From: Azolla caroliniana
Taxonomy: Eukaryota > Plantae > Polypodiophyta
Reading direction: 5' to 3'
DNA length: 22,714 nucleotides
Assembly (NCBI GenBank): GCA_043228905.1
Contig: JBHGNT010000498.1
Span: forward strand, 1-22,714
Positions 11,521-20,039 of the stretch are shown in pieces; the first letter of the stretch is position 1; every line of letters begins with the position of its first letter. The position numbers were made by a program, and so were the translations under genes. Under the pieces are notes generated by a model. It was not told the DNA's origin. It ran no database searches and was given only the letters and a program-made list of their open reading frames with translations.

Positions 11521-12390
11521 TGTCGTGCCTTTCGGCTCCGGATCGTTTGCGTGAGTCGGGTGGGAACCACCGAGGTTTTGGACTAGGAGGAGGAAGAATT
11601 TGAGGCTAATCTAGTTATGAATATGAATAGATTATAAGAAAGAGATATAGAAACTTGTGAATCCCACAAGTATAATTGTTTTAGTTTATCTAAATCGTAG
11701 TAATAAATTGAAATAATTTAGAATAGATTAGAGTAGATTGAGAAAAGAGATCAAACCTTGTGAATCCCACAAGTATTACATTAATCAATATTTATGTAAG
11801 AATATGAATTTAGATTGAAAGAGATAGATTATCTTAAACTTCGTGAATCCCACGAGTATATTTTATTGATTGTTGGTGTTTTAGGAAATATATCCAATTT
11901 CCCAAATATTTTTCACACACCTATTACATTGTGCTCCCCATCCTTATGTAGTGATGGGAGAGACTAAGCATAGCTACATGCTTTTTTTTCTAATATGTTC
12001 ATGCACACTAAATGTGCATGTGATGCTTTTCTAATCCTTGCTTTTATTTGCTAAATATAGTGCTCATGCACGCTAGATGTGCATGAGTCACTTTTTAGTC
12101 GCTTGCGTTTTTCTATAAAATATTCACGCACTCTAAAAATACATGATTTACCTTTTAATAAAGGTAGGCGCAAATAAAGCACTTATAGTTATTAAATCTA
12201 TTTATAGAACACTAAAGATAAGGTAGCATAATGGTAAAGTTGAGGTTTGGCTACGTGGAGGTATAGGGTTCAAATCCTGCCCTATGCACGTGATAAATAT
12301 CTTGATATATTATTTTATTTATTTATATGTAATTAAATCGGTTATATTATTTTTTACTTTTTCACGTAGTGTACGAAATACACTACGACA
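11521..12390 (-). repeat. 3' LTR (870 bp)
   Basis: TGTCGTGCC...CACTACGACA. Identical by eye to 13985-14854 except C11550 versus T14014. Confidence 0.95.
12224..12277 (+). other. tRNA-like A-box/B-box cassette in LTR U3, antisense to the element (second copy 14688-14741)
   Basis: TAGCATAATGG (fits TRGCNNARYGG) and GGTTCAAATCC (consensus B-box), 43 nt apart, with tttggct at the anticodon-loop position. Confidence 0.75.
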
Positions 12391-13110
12391 CTCGCCCCCT
12401 CCGAACCCGCACATCCTCCGGTATGTGCCGAAGTTGCCGATGCTCGTTGTCTCCCCTTCATCCTCCGTTTGTCCCGCTATGTCAACTTTGTCTCTCCATT
12501 TTGAGTAGACCCATTCTTTCCACCCGAACCATTGTCGCCATCCGATCCACCATATTCTTTGTTCATTCTTTGCATTGCCATGAGTGGTTGTCATGGTCCC
12601 TTGTGGTACTCTTGAGCATCTCGGTGTGTTGTCTCTCTCCACTCCGCGCTTGTCTTCCGTAGGTTCTACCCACGCGTCGATGTCGACCTCCGAATACGTG
12701 CTCGCTGTTAGGTCCTTGTGCGGCTTTAATGCATGCTTTATTTCTCGATGTTGCGCATGCGTCGTATTAGGCCGTAGCGCATGCTTCGTATTCCATCGTA
12801 GTGCATGCGCCGTATTACCCCGTAGTGCATACTTATTTTTGCACCGTAGCGCGTGCTTCTTTTTGCGCCGTAGCATGTGCTTCTCTTTACGCCGTAGCAC
12901 GTGCTTCTTTTTGTGTCGTAGTGCGTGCTCCATATTACATGCTTCTCCCATCGTAGACCCGACCTTCGCGTTGTCATGCTTTTGTTTACATCGGAATTTC
13001 AGACAGATCATCTTCCATCCGAACCGGCTTCCGACTTTACCTTCCTTCTTGCCACCTCCCGTCTCTCCGGTCTCACGTTGGTTCTCGGACACAACCGCCG
13101 AAGTACGGTA
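12319..13110 (-). CDS. Frameshifted continuation of the gag ORF: basic 8-aa repeat region and Trp-rich segment, function unknown
   Basis: ORF 12319..13092 overlaps the gag ORF end and repeats its TSAVV...QRETGET motif in a different frame. Contains the HALRxxxx repeats and WWIGWRQWFGWKEW, and runs into the 3' LTR. Confidence 0.5.
   Translation of the reverse strand, partial: YRTSAVVSENQRETGETGGGKKEGKVGSRFGWKMICLKFRCKQKHDNAKVGSTMGEACNMEHALRHKKKHVLRRKEKHMLRRKKKHALRCKNKYALRGNTAHALRWNTKHALRPNTTHAQHREIKHALKPHKDLTASTYSEVDIDAWVEPTEDKRGVERDNTPRCSRVPQGTMTTTHGNAKNEQRIWWIGWRQWFGWKEWVYSKWRDKVDIAGQTEDEGETTSIGNFGTYRRMCGFGGGECRSVFRTLREKVKNNITDLITYK
12391..12402 (-). promoter_or_regulatory. Polypurine tract
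   Basis: Minus strand GGAGGGGGCGAG immediately before the 3' LTR. Confidence 0.85.
12723..12938. repeat. 24-bp coding tandem repeat, ~9 units
   Basis: gccgtagcgcatgcttc-type units at 12771, 12795, 12819, 12843, 12867, 12891, 12915, plus two degenerate units at 12723 and 12747. Confidence 0.85.
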
Positions 13111-13946
13111 TTATCATCTTCCGTTGTTTCACCCATAGCCATGTTCTCCTTGGCTATCTCTCCTTCGTATGCATCGGCTTCGACCTTCGTTTCGTTGCCG
13201 CCACTTTCCTTATCTTCGGTGTTATGTCGACACCCGGGCTCTAGTACCGAAGTCTCCGAAACAATGGTGAAGGAATCCCTTCGTTCGTGCTCATTTACTT
13301 TGTCTTCCTCGTTGCCCTTCCGGTCCTCCACTTTTCCACCGACACATTCCGTCTCTCCGGTCTCACGTTGGTGCACGGGCACAACCGCCGAAGTCTCTGG
13401 AACCGGTGTGGGGATACCCTTTCGTCCTCGATCTTCCTCCTCCTCGTCCTTTGTTGGCCTCGACTTTGGTTCGGTTTTAAGCTCCCCTTCAATGTCGACT
13501 TGCGACTTTTCATGCATCTCCGAACCCTTCCGCATCAAGCTCTCCTTCGGTGGTAGTCGGTGGCCGCTTTTCACCCACTGTTGACCGCCGTTCGTGGACC
13601 ATGTCCTCGTCCGCTTCGGTCTTAGATAGTCATATGTGTCTCGTATAGCTTCTTCAAAGGACTCCCACATCGGGCTTTGTTGTCGTATCTCGTGGATTCT
13701 CTCTTGAAGCTCATCCGTAGCCACCCGGTTGAAAGATAACACTTGCAATCTTTCTGAGATACCATATCGCAACATCTCCATTTTGTAGTCACGTAGATAG
13801 CGTGACACGTCCTTTCCATCGAATTGCCCGTTCTGTTGCACGAGCCGTTGTACTACTGTCGTGATCTCCGACATCTCGCGTTGTTCTTGTAGCATTCTCT
13901 CGAACATCATCATCATCATGTTCATCGCCTCTTGTTGATTCTCCAT
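13008..13946 (-). CDS. gag: Gag-like protein (capsid-like N-terminus plus charged low-complexity tail)
   Basis: First ATG lies just downstream of the PBS. Sequence NGQFDGKDVSRYLRDYKMEM...WESFEEAIRDTY resembles the retrotransposon gag F.G.....FL..(Y/F) ... W..F...L motif pattern. Confidence 0.75.
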   Translation of the reverse strand: MENQQEAMNMMMMMFERMLQEQREMSEITTVVQRLVQQNGQFDGKDVSRYLRDYKMEMLRYGISERLQVLSFNRVATDELQERIHEIRQQSPMWESFEEAIRDTYDYLRPKRTRTWSTNGGQQWVKSGHRLPPKESLMRKGSEMHEKSQVDIEGELKTEPKSRPTKDEEEEDRGRKGIPTPVPETSAVVPVHQRETGETECVGGKVEDRKGNEEDKVNEHERRDSFTIVSETSVLEPGCRHNTEDKESGGNETKVEADAYEGEIAKENMAMGETTEDDNTVLRRLCPRTNVRPERREVARRKVKSEAGSDGR

Positions 13947-13962
13947 CTCCTTGCCACCCGCC

Positions 13963-13980
13963 TTCACGTCGGGTTCACCA
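13963..13980 (-). promoter_or_regulatory. Primer binding site complementary to tRNA-Trp 3' end
   Basis: Minus strand TGGTGAACCCGACGTGAA, 4 nt from the 5' LTR. The + strand TTCACGTCGGGTTCACCA equals the 3' 18 nt of plant cytosolic tRNA-Trp(CCA) as I recall it. Confidence 0.9.
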
Positions 13981-13984
13981 ACTG

Positions 13985-14854
13985 TGTCGTGCCTTTCGGC
14001 TCCGGATCGTTTGTGTGAGTCGGGTGGGAACCACCGAGGTTTTGGACTAGGAGGAGGAAGAATTTGAGGCTAATCTAGTTATGAATATGAATAGATTATA
14101 AGAAAGAGATATAGAAACTTGTGAATCCCACAAGTATAATTGTTTTAGTTTATCTAAATCGTAGTAATAAATTGAAATAATTTAGAATAGATTAGAGTAG
14201 ATTGAGAAAAGAGATCAAACCTTGTGAATCCCACAAGTATTACATTAATCAATATTTATGTAAGAATATGAATTTAGATTGAAAGAGATAGATTATCTTA
14301 AACTTCGTGAATCCCACGAGTATATTTTATTGATTGTTGGTGTTTTAGGAAATATATCCAATTTCCCAAATATTTTTCACACACCTATTACATTGTGCTC
14401 CCCATCCTTATGTAGTGATGGGAGAGACTAAGCATAGCTACATGCTTTTTTTTCTAATATGTTCATGCACACTAAATGTGCATGTGATGCTTTTCTAATC
14501 CTTGCTTTTATTTGCTAAATATAGTGCTCATGCACGCTAGATGTGCATGAGTCACTTTTTAGTCGCTTGCGTTTTTCTATAAAATATTCACGCACTCTAA
14601 AAATACATGATTTACCTTTTAATAAAGGTAGGCGCAAATAAAGCACTTATAGTTATTAAATCTATTTATAGAACACTAAAGATAAGGTAGCATAATGGTA
14701 AAGTTGAGGTTTGGCTACGTGGAGGTATAGGGTTCAAATCCTGCCCTATGCACGTGATAAATATCTTGATATATTATTTTATTTATTTATATGTAATTAA
14801 ATCGGTTATATTATTTTTTACTTTTTCACGTAGTGTACGAAATACACTACGACA
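13985..14854 (-). repeat. 5' LTR (870 bp)
   Basis: Direct repeat of 11521-12390, adjacent to the PBS. Confidence 0.95.
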
Positions 14855-14858
14855 ACGT

Positions 14859-15082
14859 CTATCATTTGTGGCAACTATTATGCAAAGTTGTCACAATGCA
14901 AGAACTCGTATGCATTATTGTAAGATGCACCCACTACCATAACCTATGATGATGCCGTTATCGCAATCAAGTTCACTATGACTCAGGCAAAGCACAAAAT
15001 TAAGGGATACAAAACTATCTACAAGGTCCCTCAAGATGTACATGAACACATATTGGGGGAGGTCTCCCTCTTTAATGCTTAG
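14859..15082 (+). pseudogene. Sola-like transposase C-terminus (continuation after LTR insertion)
   Basis: Removing the LTR element and one ACGT restores the frame ...NVGT-SIICGNYYAKL...L*DAPT...AIKFTMTQAKHKIKGYKTIYKVPQDVHEHILGEVSLFNA* (TAG 15080-15082). Confidence 0.75.
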
Positions 15083-15194
15083 AATTTTAACTGTTAGTAC
15101 ATTGTAGAAACCTTGTAGAATGGCAATTGATCTTCAATGTCAGATCTTCATATGTAACTTCACAAGTTATCCTAATTAGGGATGACAAATTCAT

Positions 15195-15735
15195 CAATAT
15201 ATATCCTCTTTGGTTTTCCTAAAGTTTTTGGCGCTCTTATAGTGTTAATTGTTTCTAGTAATGTATATATCCTCTTTGGTTTGCTTAAAGTGATTGGTGC
15301 TTATATAACATTAAATTTTTTTAGTAATATATTATCCTCTTTGGTTTGCATAAAGTGTTTGGTGCTCTTATAGTGTTAACTATTTCTAGTAATGTATTAT
15401 CCTCTTTGGTTTTCATAAAGTATTTGGTGCTCTTGTAGTGTTAATTGTTTCTAGTAATGTATATATCCTCTTTGGTGTTCGTTAACTGTTTGATGCTCTT
15501 ATAGTGGTAAATGTTTCTAGTAATGTAATATCCTCTTTGGTTTTCATAAAGTGCTCTTATAATGTTAACTGTTTCTAGTACAATATATATCCTCTTTGAT
15601 TTTCATAAATTATTTGGTGCTCTTATAGTGTTAGCTGTTTCTACTAATGTTGATATCCTCTTTGGTTTTTATAAAGTGTTTGGTGTTCTTATAGTGTTAA
15701 CTATTTCTACTCATGTATATATCCTCTTTTGTTCA
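15195..15735. repeat. ~66-bp tandem repeat, ~9 copies, downstream of the transposase stop
   Basis: tcctctttgg-type motif at 15204, 15270, 15335, 15400, 15466, 15531, 15590, 15656 and 15722. Confidence 0.9.
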
Positions 15736-15741
15736 CTATAA

Positions 15742-15914
15742 CAATTATTATGCAAAGTTGCAATGGTCCTCCCACATGTATGCTTTAGTAAAAGATGCAC
15801 CCACTGCCATAATCTATGTTGAGGCCATTATCGCAATAAAGTTCACTATGACTCAAAAAAAGCACAAGGGTAAGGGAAGTAAACTGTCTACAAGGTCCCT
15901 CAAGAGGTACATGA
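15742..15914 (+). pseudogene. Diverged duplicate of the transposase 3' end (14872-15045)
   Basis: NYYAKLQWSSHMYALVKDAPTAIIYVEAIIAIKFTMTQKKHKGKG versus NYYAKLSQCKNSYALL*DAPTTITYDDAVIAIKFTMTQAKHKIKG. Confidence 0.85.
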
Positions 15915-16150
15915 TGTCATAAACATCTTTGGAGTGTAATGGACTCAACATTCATCTTCTCATAAGATATCATATTCATACTTAGAGAGTGAACAAAAGC
16001 AATGTCAATCATATCAATTCGGCACACAATAAGTATAAAAAAGATATATCATTTCGATATGACAATAACAAGTACAGACCATGACCCATAAAATCTTTGG
16101 CACTAGTATTTTTTGGTACTTATAATGCATCGAGAACTGATAATCTCCTT

Positions 16151-18317
16151 CTACATACTATTGAGTGACACTTCATCATCGGAGGCCAATAGGACAACAT
16201 CAAATGGTTCCCCTCCTTGGACCGGTGGCACCCCCCTTGAGTTTCCTACTTCGTGGCTGGTAGTTGTGTTTTAATCTGACTCATCATCGATGGTGTTTTC
16301 CACATCTTTCTTAGTACCCATGTGCTCCTCCTCGTGGACAATGCTAGAAACCTCATTCTTTTTATAGTCGTTCTCCTCTTCTAAATTGAATGTGGCGTTT
16401 TCTTCACAATCCTCATGTCTGGTTATGGTGTTGTCAGAGTCATCTTTTGTTCAAGGCATAGTCACGATCATAGAGTCTTCATCTCTTCACCATATGGTGT
16501 CCGAATCATCTTCTTGTATTTGTTCATCTCTTAGTTCTTGTCCAACTAAATTTGAATGCACCCAACAATACCAATGTCAATACCAATCTCAATAAACATA
16601 CAAGGTAAAGGTTCACACTCCTGCCCACCTATGTATATAATAGATCCTCTAGTTCTGTAGACTATGCTAGTACTAGCCAACCTAAGTATATAATAGATTC
16701 TAGTACTAAACCTACAATACAACTAATTGTAGAATGAAGTGTGTACTATGTTAGTACTAGCTCACCGAAATATAGGATGAATTCTAGTACTACACCAACT
16801 ATACACCTAAAGGTCTCCTGAAGTGTGTACTATGCTAGTACTAGCCCACCTAAATATAGAATGGATACTAGTACTAAACAAACTGTACAACTAATTGCAG
16901 AATGAAGTGTGTACTATGTTAGTACTAGCTCACCTAAATATAGGATGGATTCTAGTACTACACCAACTGTATACCTAAAGGTCTCCTAAATTTGTACTAT
17001 GCTTGTCCTTGCCCACGTAAATATAGAATGGATTCTAGTACTAAACCAATTGTACAACTAATTGTAGAATGAAGTGTGTACTATGTTAGTACTAGCTCAC
17101 TTATATATAGGATGGATTCTAGTACTACACCAACTCTACACGTAGAGGTCTCATGAAGTGTATACTATGCAAGTACTAGCCCACCTAAACATAGAATGGA
17201 TTCTAGTACTAAATCAATTGTACAACTAATTCTAGAATGAAGTGTGTACTATGTTAGTACTAGGTCACTTAAATATAGGATGGATTCTAGTACTACACCA
17301 ACTGTACACCTAAAGGTCTTTTGCAGTATGTGATATGCTAGTACTAGCCCATCTAAATATAGACTAGATTCTAGTAATAAACTAACTGTACAACTAATTA
17401 TTGAATGAAGTGCATACTATGTTAGTACTAGCCCACCTAAATATAAGATGGATTTTAGTACTCCAATTGTACGCCTAAAGGTGTCCTGAAGTGTGTACTA
17501 TGCTAGTACTAGCCCACCAAAATATAGAATGGGATTTAGTTAGAGAAGCATGTTTAGTACTACAACAACTATACACCAACATGTAAAATTAGTTACGATG
17601 AATGCACAAGAACTAAAGGACATAAATATCGATGCAACATATAGTATATGGAGCGAAACCAGTACTAAACCATGAATTTTCTATTTTCTGGTATGAATTG
17701 TGACCTAAACCAATACTTAAGCAACTATAAAATGGAGTCAGAAAGTTCAGAAAAACATAATAGCAGTATCACATACCAGAGGAGTGAAATTTGAAACCCA
17801 TAGCTAAGTACTATTCAGCTCCAATAGTAATTTTACAGTCCATACATGTAATTACTTTCTCAAAGTGGTACTTAGCACATAGCGTATGATATGTGTGCAA
17901 ACACAGTGTAATCACAACATCCATAGCCTCGAGCTTGAATCCAAGGCCACAGATACAAACATGCACTTGGAGACACAAACTACAACATAATAGCTAAAGG
18001 AGAAAAATATAAACTGTAGAAGGTAAAAGCAGAGATATCCTCACATGCATCCTAAGACTTCAAGACAATGTTTGTACTGGAGGATTCTCTATAATGTGAT
18101 GACTGGAGACGAGTAAAGACTTCATAGTCAACTTGAATGTCACTTGAACGTCATATGCAAAAACACATGCGCTTCACCCTTTCTTTGGTGTGTGTCTATT
18201 TACTTTGTTTGATGGGGGGTCCACGTTCTTTCCTTTGTGGGTGTCATCACTTCATCTTTGACTAGTGCTTTCTTTGTGGGTGTCTTCTTTTTCAATTTTC
18301 TTGTTATCACTTTTCTT
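16151..18317 (-). pseudogene. Decayed multi-exon gene: Lys-rich segment + RING-H2 finger + acidic tail, convergent with the transposase
   Basis: Exon ~18317-17777 encodes AC(+1 nt)CICGLGFKLEAMDVVITLCLHTYHTLCAKYHFEKVITCMDC (C-x2-C...C-x-H-x2-H-x2-C...C-x2-C; 17961-17835). Donor g|gtatgt at 17776, acceptor near 16629, and an acidic last exon (EEENDYKKNEVSSIVHEEEH...SDDEVSLNSM*) ending at 16151. Not in the ORF track because of stops. Confidence 0.65.
16650..17580. repeat. 84-bp intronic minisatellite with alternating A/B monomers (168-bp higher-order unit), ~11 monomers
   Basis: gaagtgtgtactatg(t/c)tagtactag-type monomer starts at 16736, 16820, 16904, ~16988, 17071, 17155, 17239, 17323, 17407 and 17488. 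Monomer ends alternate aaggtctcct / aattgtagaat. Confidence 0.95.
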
Positions 18318-18419
18318 CTAAAAAAGCTTCCACAACATAGTATTAACTCCCTTACATAGCTATAAACTAGTACTTCACACATCAATATACATAGCAGAAT
18401 ACCATTCCTAGATCACGCA

Positions 18420-19470
18420 ACAGATTACCACACTATAAATATGTCTGGACAATAATACTAAATCAACAAGAACAAGAAGAATAACAACAAGAAAACAACT
18501 TTTCAACATAGCAGTACTAAGTCAAGCATCCCCCTTTCCAAGAAGAAGAAGAAGAAGCAAAGCAGATTCTAACATATACATGTACAAAATTCAAGCATAT
18601 CTCGACCCTCAAATGAACACTACACAAAAACAATAACATCACCACCAACAACAAGAACATGACATAATAGTCTGGTCCAAAAATAACAAAATCATATTCT
18701 TGTCATCACATAATTACTAAAACTCTACTCACAAATGAACACTGAGAAAAAAAAGAACAACAATTGCATCAACATCAACAAAAACAACAAGAACATGCCA
18801 TAGTAGTCAGATCAAGAACAACACACTTCTTGGACATGCCATCACAATAGTACTAAATGAGGCACCCTTTTCCAAGCCTCAACAAGTGCAAGATTCATAT
18901 CTCAGCTCTTGGATGAACACTGGAGAAAACAAGAAGAACAACAAGAAGAACAAGAGCAAGAAAATCACCAAACATACTCAACAAGAACATGTTGAGGAAC
19001 ATAACATATACATAGGACCATATCATCATAGCAGCCCTTTCCATATGTGAACATGTATAAGACTCAACCATATACATGTTACAAGACTCTCAAATGAACA
19101 CATTTCAAAAACAAGATGAAAAACATACTCAACAAGAACATGTTGAGGAAGATAACAAATAAATAACATCATATCATCATAACGCCCCCTTACCATATAT
19201 GAACATGTACAAGACTCAAGCATATTTTTGGACAAGGCTCTTAAATGAACACATTTGAAAAACAAGACAAATGAAGAGCAGGAACAACAACAAACATGCT
19301 CAACAAGAACATGTTGAGGAAGATAATATACAAATAACATCACATAATCATAACACCCTTACCATAATGAACATGTACAAGACTCAAGCATATTTCTATA
19401 CAAGACTCTCAAATGAGCACATTTTAAAAACCAGACATAAAAAGAACATTTACAAACAAAATCAACAAGA
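18420..19470. repeat. CAA-rich ~150-175-bp tandem repeats; probable intron (about 18318-19476) of the minus-strand gene
   Basis: caagaacatgttgagga at 18982, 19133 and 19304; atgaacac/atgagcac recurs six times. Minus-strand donor ag|gtatat at 19476 and acceptor ttttag|a at 18318. Confidence 0.8.
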
Positions 19471-20039
19471 ATATACCTCTTCTCGAATAGTTGAAGAGAC
19501 TTCTCAATGAATATGTGGTAGAGTCACAAGTTATTTGCCGACAAATTGTTGTAGATCATGCAACAAAACCTACAATAGGAGGAGACCTAGATGTTGTGTC
19601 GTTTGAAGAGGTCGTTGCATGTTTGTTGTAGAGGGGTCACCGCAAGGACATTGAGAAGAGATGGTATGAACACAACGAGCAAAGGGGAAAGAGTGACCAA
19701 AGAATGTCTGATACACCATAGAGCGGTCACAATAATAACAAAGAGCACAGAATGCATGCTCATTGCAGATAGGTCACAACAACAACAAAGCAAAGAATTC
19801 TTGTTCGCTCTGGATGATGTGACACAACAAGCACCAATGAGCAGACATGGTGGGGACATAGCGAGCAAAGGAGACAGAGTGAGAATAGAGCGCCTTGAGG
19901 TTGCAAGAGGGTCAAAGCAAACACAGAACGTGGTTGCCTCGAGGTGGAGACGGTCTGAAGCGTCGCCACAACTTGAACACCTATGAATGCAGGAGAAGCA
20001 AAGAGAGATCTGAGAGAGAGGGAGATCTGAGAAAGAGAG

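Larger units (their letters stand above)
11521..14854 (-). mobile_element. Complete, very young non-autonomous (gag-only) LTR retrotransposon, 3334 bp, tRNA-Trp primed, Ty3/gypsy (Phygy-like) type
   Basis: Two 870-bp direct repeats with TG...CA ends, 4-bp TSD ACGT (11517-11520 and 14855-14858), PBS, PPT and a gag-like ORF. No PR/RT/RH/IN motifs. Confidence 0.95.

Noticed and set aside
12369-13584. Long + strand ORFs 12369..12662, 12584..13138, 12925..13584 and 13287..13556
   Set aside because: Antisense shadows of the GC-rich gag/ORF2 region, Ser/Cys-rich with no recognisable motif.
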